Of a stretch of 35,739 bases of DNA, positions 19,563 to 29,128 are shown one piece after another. This DNA is from a virus (lineage: Duplodnaviria > Heunggongvirae > Uroviricota > Caudoviricetes). Position 1 is the stretch's first letter, and each line of letters begins with the position of its first letter. Position numbers and translations under genes: made by a program. The stretch lies in IMG/VR virus record IMGVR_UViG_3300022758_000287; one strand, 5' to 3'. The notes beneath the pieces were generated by a model. It did no database searches and was not told the DNA's origin. It saw only the letters and a program-made list of their open reading frames with translations.

Positions 19563-20694
19563 ACCCCGATCTCACAAAATCTCTATACCCAATTTATATT
19601 GCAAATTAGATAAGCGAACCGGAAAGGTATATTGGCAATACAAACATCCACTATCCGGTCGTTTTCATAGCTTAGGAACTGATGAGAATGAAGCAAAACA
19701 AGTTGCTACTGAAGCAAATACCATTATTGCTGAACAACGTACCCGACAAATATTAAGCGTCAATGAGCGTCTAGAAAGAATGAAAGGCAGGCGCTCAGAC
19801 ATTACGGTGACAGAATGGCTTGATAAATATATTTCTATCCAGGAGGACAGGCTGCAACATAATGAACTAAGACCCAACTCCTATCGGCAAAAAGGCAAAC
19901 CCATTCGTCTTTTCCGTGAGCATTGTGGAATGCAACACCTCAAGGATATTACCGCACTTGATATTGCCGAAATAATTGATGCTGTAAAGGCTGAAGGTCA
20001 TAACAGGATGGCGCAAGTCGTGAGAATGGTGTTGATCGACGTCTTCAAAGAAGCACAACACGCAGGACATGTTCCGCCAGGATTTAACCCAGCGCAGGCA
20101 ACAAAACAACCGCGAAATCGAGTAAACCGCCAAAGATTATCACTGCCCGAATGGCAGGCAATATTTGACAGCGTAAGCAGACGGCAGCCCTATTTAAAAT
20201 GCGGGATGCTACTTGCTCTTGTCACTGGACAACGTTTAGGCGATATCTGCAATTTGAAATTCTCTGATATCTGGGACGACATGTTGCACATTACTCAGGA
20301 AAAAACCGGTTCAAAACTTGCTATTCCGCTTAACCTGAAATGCGATGCTCTGAATATTACCCTTCGTGAAGTTATATCTCAGTGCAGGGATGCTGTTGTT
20401 AGTAAATATCTGGTCCATTACCGTCACACTACCTCTCAAGCAAACAGAGGAGACCAGGTGTCTGCAAATACTCTTACAACGGCTTTTAAAAAGGCCAGGG
20501 AAAAATGTGGCATAAAATGGGAGCCAGGAACTGCGCCCACATTTCATGAGCAGCGATCTCTGTCAGAACGGTTATATCGGGAACAGGGTCTGGATACGCA
20601 AAAGTTGTTAGGTCATAAATCCAGAAAAATGACCGACCGATACAATGATGATCGTGGTAAAGACTGGATTATCGTAGATATCAAAACAGCATAG
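19552..20694 (+). CDS. int: Tyrosine integrase (lambda Int family)
   Basis: 380 aa with C-terminal catalytic region (...HEQRSLSERLY...LLGH...Y) aligning to lambda Int. Confidence 0.9.
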   Translation: MAARPRSHKISIPNLYCKLDKRTGKVYWQYKHPLSGRFHSLGTDENEAKQVATEANTIIAEQRTRQILSVNERLERMKGRRSDITVTEWLDKYISIQEDRLQHNELRPNSYRQKGKPIRLFREHCGMQHLKDITALDIAEIIDAVKAEGHNRMAQVVRMVLIDVFKEAQHAGHVPPGFNPAQATKQPRNRVNRQRLSLPEWQAIFDSVSRRQPYLKCGMLLALVTGQRLGDICNLKFSDIWDDMLHITQEKTGSKLAIPLNLKCDALNITLREVISQCRDAVVSKYLVHYRHTTSQANRGDQVSANTLTTAFKKAREKCGIKWEPGTAPTFHEQRSLSERLYREQGLDTQKLLGHKSRKMTDRYNDDRGKDWIIVDIKTA

Positions 20695-20703
20695 AAAATA
20701 GCC

Positions 20704-20741
20704 AGTTTTGGGGAAGGGTTTTGGGGAAAGTTTTGGGGAAG
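20704..20741 (+). repeat. Three tandem GTTTTGGGGAA(G/A) repeats; candidate Int arm-type binding sites
   Basis: agttttggggaag, ggttttggggaaa, gttttggggaag in direct tandem just after the int stop. Confidence 0.5.
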
Positions 20742-20751
20742 ATTTTACATC

Positions 20752-20784
20752 ATCATAAAACAACGGGCGTGTTATACGCCCGTT
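20752..20784 (-). terminator. Intrinsic terminator 3' of the icd fragment, possibly bidirectional for int
   Basis: Perfect 9-bp stem aacgggcgt / acgcccgtt with loop gttat; U-run on the minus strand. Confidence 0.55.
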
Positions 20785-20807
20785 ACAATATTTAACACAT
20801 GTAGTGA

Positions 20808-20972
20808 TTACATATTCTTGATGATCGCATCACCAAACTCTGAACATTTCAGCAGCTTAGCGCCTTCCATCAGACGTTCGAAGTCATAGGTTACGGTCTT
20901 CGCATTGATTGCGCCTTCCATACCTTTAACAATCAGGTCTGCGGCTTCAGTCCAGCCCATATGGCGCAGCAG
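20808..20972 (-). pseudogene. icd: Phage-borne 3' fragment of isocitrate dehydrogenase (last 54 codons plus stop, 165 nt), containing the attP crossover region
   Basis: Translates to [54 protein letters not shown], matching the Icd C-terminus; homology stops abruptly at 20972. Confidence 0.85.
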
Positions 20973-21091
20973 TATATAAAAATTATGTATTCAACTCGCT
21001 GATATTTAATCATAAATATTATTTTCTTGTCTTTGTATTAGCCAAAATCAACTTTATTCAACCGTTTGATTTCATTGACGTTCGTTTTTAT

Positions 21092-21103
21092 TTTGGGGAA
21101 AGA
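21092..21103 (+). repeat. Fourth copy of the TTTTGGGGAAAG motif on the other side of the icd core
   Basis: ttttggggaaag about 120 bp beyond the icd-homology boundary. Confidence 0.4.
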
Positions 21104-21431
21104 TTTTCTCTACCATTTATATCAAAATTACAAGTCTACATTTTATTAACATCTCAATACATGTGTGGCCTTGCAAGCCATTGCGAGGCCTTATGTGTCT
21201 CAGTTTTGTCCCGCCTTGTATTACGACTTGCATAGCCAATGAAGATAAACGTGACGACAAACAAAGCAGCTGTCTTCTTTTCTTTCACACTTTCCCCACT
21301 CAGCAGCATGCATACCTTCTACTATAACTGTAGTGAATGTCTATTATGAGCGAACTGCGGACATCGTGGAGACAACATGCTGCTGGGTGCGGATATCCCA
21401 TGGCACGTCATATCGCTCGCCGTATTACTTG

Positions 21432-22190
21432 TTATTTTTTTGAAACGAGAAGTTGATACAATTCCTTCAGGGATAAGGCTAATAACTCATTCTTCCTGAT
21501 GAGATCTTTATCAGCGTCTATACCCTCTGCGCATGATTCATTTAAATAGTTCAGTGTTTCCTGATCATCATCCAAGCATTCATAGCTGCCTGAATAAAAT
21601 TCATCGCAACTTGCTTTGTTATTTTTGTCAATGTAACCAATGCATTGAATCACGCCTTTAACAACTTTAGCAGCAGAAAAAACAAAGTAACTGCAGTCAT
21701 TTATATAGCGTTCAATATCAAAAATCATATAAAAATAGTGCATAGAGTGTTTTTCAATTTCAAACTCACTTGAAATCATAGCTATTTCACATTCAAGGTC
21801 TTTCAGACCATCTAACATTATGGAAAGTTTACATTGTTTTTCTTGCACAGTTTCATACTTAAATGACTCTCTCCCCTTTGCCCTGACATTTATTCTTTCT
21901 TCAATTGCATAAATATAAGCAGGATATACACGCGACCACACTTGGTTTATTTTTAGGATTAACCGGCCTCTTTTCAGCCTTTCTTTTGTAGCTATAAATT
22001 CTGCATATAGCGCAGCATCCTCTTCGCACCATACATCAACTTTTCGTTTATAACCCAACTTTAATTCTTTCCCTACGCATTCAGGAAACAAAGGATCAAA
22101 GTCCTTTAAGTATTCAAACTCACTTAGATAGAATCCTGTCTCATAACGATTAAATAATTTCCTAAACTCTTTCCCACTTAAGGTTTTCAT
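21432..22190 (-). CDS. Hypothetical protein (252 aa), AT-rich orphan gene in the b region
   Basis: Long intact ORF, visibly AT-rich, between attP and the sit operon; no homolog recognised. Confidence 0.6.
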   Translation of the reverse strand: MKTLSGKEFRKLFNRYETGFYLSEFEYLKDFDPLFPECVGKELKLGYKRKVDVWCEEDAALYAEFIATKERLKRGRLILKINQVWSRVYPAYIYAIEERINVRAKGRESFKYETVQEKQCKLSIMLDGLKDLECEIAMISSEFEIEKHSMHYFYMIFDIERYINDCSYFVFSAAKVVKGVIQCIGYIDKNNKASCDEFYSGSYECLDDDQETLNYLNESCAEGIDADKDLIRKNELLALSLKELYQLLVSKK

Positions 22191-22793
22191 TGTATCAATC
22201 ACTCTGTTTTCATAAAAGCAAAGTCAACAAGATAAAACAATAAAAACTCTTACACAACCAGCTGATGTTTTTAAAATAGAGGATAATATAAGACAAGCAT
22301 AACCTCGTTCACTTCAATGCTACTCCTATCGTTCTTTTGCGTCACAGAGCGCCTGCCGGACAACTGCATCATAGACCAAACGGAACTGCTTCCGTCGATT
22401 AATCAGATGGCAGCGCATAAACACGCTCAACAACCCGTTTGACTGCTTCAATTTTAAGCTCTTCGGAATAACGCTTACCGTGTAAGTCTCCCTGCAAAAC
22501 GAGCTATCAACTTTTAAGGAGTCTCTGGCCCCCCTGCTTCCGCTCCTGGCACACAGCAGCCCTAGAGACAGTGGAGTAAAGTCATGGAGGCTCGGTGGGG
22601 AGAGGTGCAAATCCTCCCATACAAAAAATACGAAAATCAGTAACGGCTAGAAATCATTCAATACATGCACTCTCGAAATTGCATCAGCCAACCGCAAAAC
22701 GTTATTTCAAAGCCTACTAGCTGCCTTACTTTTTTCCTCAATAACGCGTCGCCAGCCGGAAACAACCTAATCCCTGTTTTGGGCCTCAAAACC

Positions 22794-22812
22794 GCTAATG
22801 ATAATCATTTTC
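22794..22812 (+). promoter_or_regulatory. Fur box upstream of sitA
   Basis: gctaatgataatcattttc matches the Fur consensus gataatgataatcattatc at 17 of 19 positions. Confidence 0.7.
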
Positions 22813-22835
22813 ATTTTGTATAGGTTGTGCTATAA

Positions 22836-22855
22836 AACATAGCCGTTGCTATGTT
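22836..22855 (+). promoter_or_regulatory. MntR box upstream of sitA
   Basis: aacatagccgttgctatgtt, a perfect inverted repeat of the MntR-box type. Confidence 0.65.
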
Positions 22856-22911
22856 TGTTCTAATTTTGCTCACTATAGGTACTAAATTATGCACTCGATA
22901 AAAAAGTAACC

Positions 22912-23802
22912 ATGCTCTTGGGGGGCCTCGCACTCACCTGCTCGATCGCATTTCAGGCAAGTGCAACTGAAAAATTCAAGGTCATTACAACATTTACCAT
23001 CATCGCGGATATGGCCAAAAACGTGGCGGGAGATGCTGCAGAAGTCTCATCCATAACCAAGCCTGGTGCAGAAATTCATGAGTATCAGCCTACCCCTGGC
23101 GATATTAAACGTGCGCAGGGGGCACAACTGATTCTCGCCAATGGTATGAATCTGGAATTGTGGTTCCAACGCTTTTACCAGCATCTCAATGGGGTTCCAG
23201 AAGTAATTGTCTCTTCGGGTGTGACGCCTGTAGGGATCACCGAAGGACCCTATGAGGGCAAACCTAACCCCCATGCATGGATGTCGCCAGATAATGCTCT
23301 GATTTACGTCGATAATATTCGTGATGCGTTGATAAAATACGATCCGGCAAATGCACAAACCTACCAACGCAATGCCGATACTTATAAAGCCAAGATTACC
23401 CAAACCCTTGCCCCCCTGCGTAAGCAGATTACGGAACTCCCTGAGAATCAGCGATGGATGGTCACCAGTGAAGGGGCTTTTTCTTATCTCGCACGCGATT
23501 TGGGGCTAAAAGAGCTTTATCTGTGGCCGATTAATGCCGATCAACAAGGAACACCGCAGCAGGTACGTAAGGTTGTTGATATAGTTAAGAAAAATCATAT
23601 CCCGGCAGTCTTTAGCGAGAGTACGATTTCCGATAAACCAGCGCGTCAGGTTGCGCGTGAAACCGGCGCACACTACGGCGGTGTGCTCTATGTCGATTCC
23701 CTGAGCACAGAAAACGGCCCGGTACCGACGTATATCGACCTTCTTAAGGTTACTACCAGTACGCTGGTACAGGGAATTAAAGCTGGGAAAAGGGAGAAAT
23801 AA
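22912..23802 (+). CDS. sitA: SitA, periplasmic Mn/Fe-binding protein of an ABC transporter
   Basis: 296 aa with signal peptide; first gene of a four-gene ABC operon; an out-of-frame ATG at 22889 suggests the true start may be 8 codons upstream. Confidence 0.85.
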   Translation: MLLGGLALTCSIAFQASATEKFKVITTFTIIADMAKNVAGDAAEVSSITKPGAEIHEYQPTPGDIKRAQGAQLILANGMNLELWFQRFYQHLNGVPEVIVSSGVTPVGITEGPYEGKPNPHAWMSPDNALIYVDNIRDALIKYDPANAQTYQRNADTYKAKITQTLAPLRKQITELPENQRWMVTSEGAFSYLARDLGLKELYLWPINADQQGTPQQVRKVVDIVKKNHIPAVFSESTISDKPARQVARETGAHYGGVLYVDSLSTENGPVPTYIDLLKVTTSTLVQGIKAGKREK

Positions 23803-24629
23803 TGATGCAATCTGCAGGCATTGTCGTTAATGATGTTACTGTCACCTGGCGTAACGGGCACACAGCACTGCGCGATGCATCCTTCACAGTACCAAGTGGA
23901 TCTATTGCCGCTCTGGTTGGGGTAAACGGTTCCGGAAAATCGACGTTGTTTAAAGCGATTATGGGATTTGTGCGTCTGACCAGCGGAAAGATATCTGTTC
24001 TGGGTATTCCCACGCGACAGGCGTTACAGAAAAACCTGGTTGCCTACGTCCCTCAGTCAGAAGATGTTGACTGGTCATTTCCTGTACTGGTGGAAGATGT
24101 GGTGATGATGGGCCGCTATGGGCATATGGGTATGTTGCGTATCGCCAAAAAGAGGGATCGTCAAATTGTCACCGATGCGCTGGAACGTGTCGATATGGTG
24201 AATTTTCGCCATCGACAAATCGGCGAGCTTTCCGGTGGACAAAAGAAACGCGTCTTTCTGGCGAGAGCGATTGCACAGCAGGGTGATGTGATCCTGCTGG
24301 ATGAACCTTTTACTGGCGTTGATGTGAAAACCGAAGCCAAAATCATCAGCCTGTTGAGGGAGTTACGCGCGGAAGGCAAAACGATGCTTGTCTCAACACA
24401 CAATCTCGGATCCGTCACGACATTTTGCGATTATACGGTCATGGTCAAAGGCACCGTCCTGGCAAGCGGGCCGACAGACACCACTTTTACAGCCGAGAAC
24501 CTAGAGCTGGCTTTTAGCGGCGTACTGCGCCATGTCACACTTAACGGCTCGGAAGAAAGCATTATTACTGACGATGAACGCCCTTTTGTGGCTCATCGAC
24601 CGTCAGCGGTGCAGAGGGAAGAAAGATGA
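23802..24629 (+). CDS. sitB: SitB, ABC transporter ATP-binding protein
   Basis: Walker [10 protein letters not shown], signature LSGGQ, Walker B ILLDEP. Confidence 0.9.
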   Translation: MMQSAGIVVNDVTVTWRNGHTALRDASFTVPSGSIAALVGVNGSGKSTLFKAIMGFVRLTSGKISVLGIPTRQALQKNLVAYVPQSEDVDWSFPVLVEDVVMMGRYGHMGMLRIAKKRDRQIVTDALERVDMVNFRHRQIGELSGGQKKRVFLARAIAQQGDVILLDEPFTGVDVKTEAKIISLLRELRAEGKTMLVSTHNLGSVTTFCDYTVMVKGTVLASGPTDTTFTAENLELAFSGVLRHVTLNGSEESIITDDERPFVAHRPSAVQREER

Positions 24630-25483
24630 ACGTGCTACTGGAACCCTTCAGCTATGAATATATGCTCAATGCGATGTGGGTCTCGGCGATGGTCGGCGGT
24701 CTCTGCGCTTTCCTGTCATGCTATCTGATGCTAAAAGGCTGGTCGCTGATTGGCGATGCGTTGTCGCACTCTATTGTCCCGGGTGTTGCGGGGGCATATA
24801 TGCTGGGGCTTCCGTTTTCTCTGGGAGCCTTCTTTTCCGGCGGACTGGCTGCGGGCAGCATGCTGTTTCTTAACCAACGCACCCGCTTAAAAGAAGATGC
24901 CATCATCGGTCTGATCTTCTCGTCCTTTTTTGGCCTGGGGCTGTTTATGGTGTCATTGAACCCGACATCTGTGAACATTCAGACCATCGTCCTGGGCAAT
25001 ATTCTGGCAATCGATCCGGCGGATATCCTGCAACTCACTATCATTGGCATTCTCTCGATCATCGTGCTTTTTTTCAAATGGAAAGATCTTATGGTGACCT
25101 TTTTCGACGAGAATCACGCCCGTGCTATTGGATTGCATCCGGGCAGATTAAAACTCATCTTCTTCACCCTGCTGTCGGTTTCGACCGTTGCGGCGCTGCA
25201 AACGGTTGGTGCCTTTCTGGTGATCTGTCTGGTGGTGACTCCCGGTGCAACAGCATGGTTGTTAACCGATCGTTTTCCCCGCCTGCTCATGATTGCTGTA
25301 ACTATTGGCAGTGTAACTAGTTTCCTCGGCGCGTGGGTCAGTTACTTTCTGGACGGCGCGACAGGTGGAATCATCGTGGTGGCGCAGACACTGCTGTTTC
25401 TTTTAGCATTTGTCTTTGCGCCCACCCATGGGCTTTTGGCAAATCGTCGGCGTGCGCATAAGGCGCTGGAGGATCGCTCATGA
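24626..25483 (+). CDS. sitC: SitC, ABC transporter permease
   Basis: 285 aa polytopic membrane protein, overlapping stop/start with sitB. Confidence 0.85.
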   Translation: MNVLLEPFSYEYMLNAMWVSAMVGGLCAFLSCYLMLKGWSLIGDALSHSIVPGVAGAYMLGLPFSLGAFFSGGLAAGSMLFLNQRTRLKEDAIIGLIFSSFFGLGLFMVSLNPTSVNIQTIVLGNILAIDPADILQLTIIGILSIIVLFFKWKDLMVTFFDENHARAIGLHPGRLKLIFFTLLSVSTVAALQTVGAFLVICLVVTPGATAWLLTDRFPRLLMIAVTIGSVTSFLGAWVSYFLDGATGGIIVVAQTLLFLLAFVFAPTHGLLANRRRAHKALEDRS

Positions 25484-26337
25484 TGGCATTATTACTGGAG
25501 CCACTGCAGTTCACCTTTATGAGTCACGCACTGCTGATTTCACTGGTAGTTTCCATACCCTGTGCGCTGCTGTCGGTCTTTCTGGTCCTGAAAGGTTGGG
25601 CACTGATGGGTGACGCGATGAGTCATGCGGTTTTTCCTGGAATCGTGCTTGCCTGGATTCTGGGGTTACCTTTGGCTACAGGGGCATTCGTCGCCGGAGT
25701 ATTCTGCGCGGTGGCGACGGGATACCTGAAAGACAACAGCCGAATCAAGCAAGATACAGTGATGGGGATTGTTTTTTCTGGCATGTTTGCCGCAGGTCTG
25801 ATCTTGTATATTGCAGTCAAACCAGACGTACATCTTGACCATATTCTTTTCGGCGACATGCTCGGGATAACCATCGGCGATATAATCCAGACGATGATTA
25901 TTGCCGGGCTGGTTACACTTGTTATTAGCGTAAAATGGCGGGATTTTTTGCTGTTCAGCTTTGATTATCAACAGGCGCAGGTAAGCGGTTTGCATACGAG
26001 ATGGCTGCATTATGGGCTGCTGTGCATGGTCTCTCTGACCATTGTGGCGACGCTGAAAGCGGTAGGTATCATTCTCTCCATTTCTCTGCTCATTGCGCCT
26101 GGCGCCATTGCGGTACTCCTGACACAACGCTTTCATATTGCGCTCCTACTGGCGACTGGCATATCGGTAATAGTGTCAATGACTGGTGTCTGGTTGTCCT
26201 TTTTTATCGACAGCGCACCAGCTCCGACGATTGTCGTCTTATTCGCGGTTTTGTTCATCATGACGTTTGCCGTTACCAGCATCAACGCACGCAAAAAGGG
26301 AAACTCCCATACACAGGATCTGTTATCACCCAATTAG
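25480..26337 (+). CDS. sitD: SitD, ABC transporter permease
   Basis: 285 aa polytopic membrane protein paralogous to SitC. Confidence 0.85.
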   Translation: MMALLLEPLQFTFMSHALLISLVVSIPCALLSVFLVLKGWALMGDAMSHAVFPGIVLAWILGLPLATGAFVAGVFCAVATGYLKDNSRIKQDTVMGIVFSGMFAAGLILYIAVKPDVHLDHILFGDMLGITIGDIIQTMIIAGLVTLVISVKWRDFLLFSFDYQQAQVSGLHTRWLHYGLLCMVSLTIVATLKAVGIILSISLLIAPGAIAVLLTQRFHIALLLATGISVIVSMTGVWLSFFIDSAPAPTIVVLFAVLFIMTFAVTSINARKKGNSHTQDLLSPN

Positions 26338-26428
26338 CACAACATCCGAGGACAGCAACACCCGATACTTTTTCCTGGCTTCCAGCAACGGGGTTTCTTC
26401 CTCCGTTGCATATACAGCTCACCTTTTT

Positions 26429-26722
26429 TCACCCACGATTAACCAACAGCCAGACCAGCAGACACGCCACCACCGGCACAGCAAAATCCATCAGGCTTGC
26501 CACATCCCAAGCTCGCGGATCAAAACCGCCCCACCACGGCATATTCATTCGCTTGCCATGCCCGAACATTTCAATCCAGCGATATTCTGCCTGGGTATGT
26601 TCACGCGCAATGAAGAACGTACAACCGGCTATCGCTCCGTAAGCCCAGTTTCCGGTAAAAAGACCAACCAGTATCTGCGCAGCCACAGCACAAAGCGCAT
26701 GAAGTAAGGGGCTTATATCCAT
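26429..26722 (-). CDS. Small inner-membrane protein (97 aa) at the end of the tail-fibre operon
   Basis: Strong aaggagga RBS; two or three hydrophobic helices; no homolog recognised. Confidence 0.6.
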   Translation of the reverse strand: MDISPLLHALCAVAAQILVGLFTGNWAYGAIAGCTFFIAREHTQAEYRWIEMFGHGKRMNMPWWGGFDPRAWDVASLMDFAVPVVACLLVWLLVNRG

Positions 26723-26734
26723 TATTTCCTCCTT

Positions 26735-27013
26735 TCAGCTCCATTCCCGAAGCGGTGTTTCCAGCTCCACGACATAATCAGAGAATACAGAAACATCAAA
26801 CAAGTCATCAAGAATGCGAATGTTGACAAAATAACCGTCATTCCGGACACAGACAGGTTCTCCCTCTTCTGTTACCCCTGTTTCTGTGTAGGTGAAACCA
26901 ATTTCATCGACTAACAGTTTATTCTGGAGGTCTTCATCCTCCTCCCAGTCAAGAGATGACAGGAAGGCCTTAAACTGCAGTTTGTCATGAAACTTCAAAG
27001 TTAAATCTTTCAT
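26735..27013 (-). CDS. Hypothetical acidic protein (92 aa) translationally coupled to the tail-fibre gene
   Basis: ATGA overlap with the tail-fibre stop; position suggests a fibre assembly or accessory role. Confidence 0.5.
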   Translation of the reverse strand: MKDLTLKFHDKLQFKAFLSSLDWEEDEDLQNKLLVDEIGFTYTETGVTEEGEPVCVRNDGYFVNIRILDDLFDVSVFSDYVVELETPLREWS

Positions 27014-29070
27014 ACGACCTCTTTTAATTGCCTGTCATTTAATTCTTTATGCCATATGCGGAAATTGCGAATATGGCCAAACAGATGTCGTTCTCCAGTA
27101 TTCGTCTGCCCTCCAAATCGGATATTTTTATCAGCGGTCACACCATTATATTCACAATAAACTTCATTAACCGCTTTACCATTTGTCACCACATGAAAGT
27201 GACCATCAGCTTTTGCAATACATCCAAATGTGGTTTTCTCTGCAAATACATCTGTCGCTGCGCTATTAACATACAAGCCTGAAGGGTTTGACAGACTCAT
27301 ATATAACTTACCACTACCTCTGTTGATTGCTGCAATTGCTGATTGCCCGGTATTGGCTGCTGCTATATCCCACACGCGGGGTGCGGCGTTTGGTGCAATA
27401 TCCCAGTTTTTATGAATCTCAAGTAAAAAAGTAAATGGTAACTTATAAAGATTATTTCTGGTGGGGATACTAACCAAATCACTGGCTCTTGTCGTTGCGC
27501 TGCCTCCTGAAATAATAAATGATGATACACACGGCCCATTCTCTACTTGTGGGGTGGCAAGATAAATATAGTCACCAGATACTGTTGCCCCACCCCGCTC
27601 AGGAGAATACTGTATCTGAGAGCCTATTTTTAACTCACCATCAATTGCCTGAATCGTTGCCTCTGCAAAAATCCAGCCTGTGGTCTTATCCTTCCTGACT
27701 CGTGCCGTAATTCTGCCGGCAGCCCCACCTGTCATATTAATTTCAAGCGTTTGCGTATCAATGTACGCATCGCCAAGAAAAGTTGTTGCACTACCATCAT
27801 ACTTATCAAACCGTATACGTAACCTTACCTGTCGTTCTGTTTTAAAACGGCATGAGGTTGTCACGTACTTGTTATCGCCTGAGACATCAACTGACTTTGT
27901 TGCAGCAATTGATGCCATATTAATAGCCGAAGTTTGCCCAACCAGAGAATCGTTGCAGACAAACTTTCCATAAGTAAAACCAAAACTATCTGTCCCGGTT
28001 TCGGGCACATCCATGTTTGATGACTTCCCCCAGCTGGCTGGACTTTCCGAATTGAGCATGTAGTTCGTTCTTTGTCCCTCAATAAGCAGGCCATCACACT
28101 CAAATCGCGGCTCATTAATTTCCGCCGTTTTCAGTTCGCCAGATTTGTTGATATATGTTGCCGTTGATGCGCGACTGAAATTAACCTGTTTATCACTGGC
28201 GACCTGAACCACATCGTCACCAATAGCTATTTTTTTATAGCCCGGAGAAAAACCCGCAATCATATCCAGTGAATCGTTAAACGGTATCCACACATCAGGC
28301 AGCGGCGGCACTATATTCGCATAGGGCTCTGCAGTCACTTCCGCTGCGACTTCTGCGCGGTCTGCCGCCTTTTCAGCCCGTGTCGCTGCCGACAGAGCCT
28401 CATCCTTTTTCTGCCCGGCCTTTGTTGCGTCTGCTGCGGCCTCCCGCGCTTTTGTGGTGGCGACTCCGGCATTTTCAGCGGCTGACTCTGCATTACGGCG
28501 GGAAGCCTCTTCACTGTCTGCGGAGGCTTCTTCTGACGCACGGGCATTTGTCTCTGAACGTTCTGCCGCTGTTGCTGCGTTTTGTGCGGCTGTTTTTGAA
28601 GAAGCTGCCGCTTTCGCGCTGTTACCTGCATTCGTCTCTGATGTTTTCGCCGCATTCCTGGACGATGCCGCTGCTGTTTCTGATTTCTTTGCTGCCGCTG
28701 CGCTCTGAGAGGCGGCTTCAGCGTTGCGTGCCACCTCTTCCACCATCTTTTCAAAACGATACAGTGCCTCCGGACGAACATCATCTTCTGTTGCAGCGCC
28801 CAGAAAATCATTCAATGTCCCCGGCTTAGAATCCTCATACACGGTGATGGCCCCGGCATGTGAAGGCGGAAAACCTTCAACCAGCAGGATAACGCTGTAC
28901 TGGCCATACTCGACATCCATGCTGTAACGTCCGGCTTCATCCGGATTTTCTGAGGCCACCGTGTTCACCACAACCGTGGTGCTGTTACGTTTTGCTTTGA
29001 GCTGAATGGTGCAGTTCTGTATCGGTTTTCCTGCACCGTCTTTCAGCACGCCTGAAATCTGTACTGCCAT
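27010..29070 (-). CDS. Tail fibre protein (lambdoid side-tail-fibre type with Ala-rich central region)
   Basis: N-terminus MAVQISGVLKDGAGKPIQNCTIQLKA... typical of lambdoid tail fibres; long Ala/Ser-rich segment; ggag RBS. Confidence 0.8.
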   Translation of the reverse strand: MAVQISGVLKDGAGKPIQNCTIQLKAKRNSTTVVVNTVASENPDEAGRYSMDVEYGQYSVILLVEGFPPSHAGAITVYEDSKPGTLNDFLGAATEDDVRPEALYRFEKMVEEVARNAEAASQSAAAAKKSETAAASSRNAAKTSETNAGNSAKAAASSKTAAQNAATAAERSETNARASEEASADSEEASRRNAESAAENAGVATTKAREAAADATKAGQKKDEALSAATRAEKAADRAEVAAEVTAEPYANIVPPLPDVWIPFNDSLDMIAGFSPGYKKIAIGDDVVQVASDKQVNFSRASTATYINKSGELKTAEINEPRFECDGLLIEGQRTNYMLNSESPASWGKSSNMDVPETGTDSFGFTYGKFVCNDSLVGQTSAINMASIAATKSVDVSGDNKYVTTSCRFKTERQVRLRIRFDKYDGSATTFLGDAYIDTQTLEINMTGGAAGRITARVRKDKTTGWIFAEATIQAIDGELKIGSQIQYSPERGGATVSGDYIYLATPQVENGPCVSSFIISGGSATTRASDLVSIPTRNNLYKLPFTFLLEIHKNWDIAPNAAPRVWDIAAANTGQSAIAAINRGSGKLYMSLSNPSGLYVNSAATDVFAEKTTFGCIAKADGHFHVVTNGKAVNEVYCEYNGVTADKNIRFGGQTNTGERHLFGHIRNFRIWHKELNDRQLKEVV

Positions 29071-29085
29071 ATTCACTCCACAAAT

Positions 29086-29110
29086 AAAAAAGGCGCCATT
29101 TCTGGCGCCC
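29086..29110 (-). terminator. Intrinsic terminator between J and the tail-fibre gene
   Basis: Stem ggcgcc / ggcgcc with loop, followed on the minus strand by a T6 run. Confidence 0.55.
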
Positions 29111-29128
29111 GTATCTGGGTTATAAAAT

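Noticed and set aside
20808-20972. Integrated prophage junction with host icd
   Set aside because: Only the last 165 nt of icd are present and homology stops abruptly into phage b-region DNA, so this is the phage-side att region, not host flank.
21301-21385. 10-bp perfect inverted repeat cagcagcatg ... catgctgctg with 65-bp spacer
   Set aside because: A 10-bp inverted repeat at this spacing is expected by chance a few times in 35 kb, and no supporting feature is nearby.
25666-26642. Minus- and plus-strand ORFs overlapping sitD and the downstream region
   Set aside because: They overlap a well-supported permease gene or run through an intergenic region without RBS or recognisable product.
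28335-28829. Several overlapping ORFs on both strands (84-158 aa)
   Set aside because: They fall inside the Ala/Ser-rich repetitive central region of the tail fibre gene, where alternative frames stay open by composition alone.
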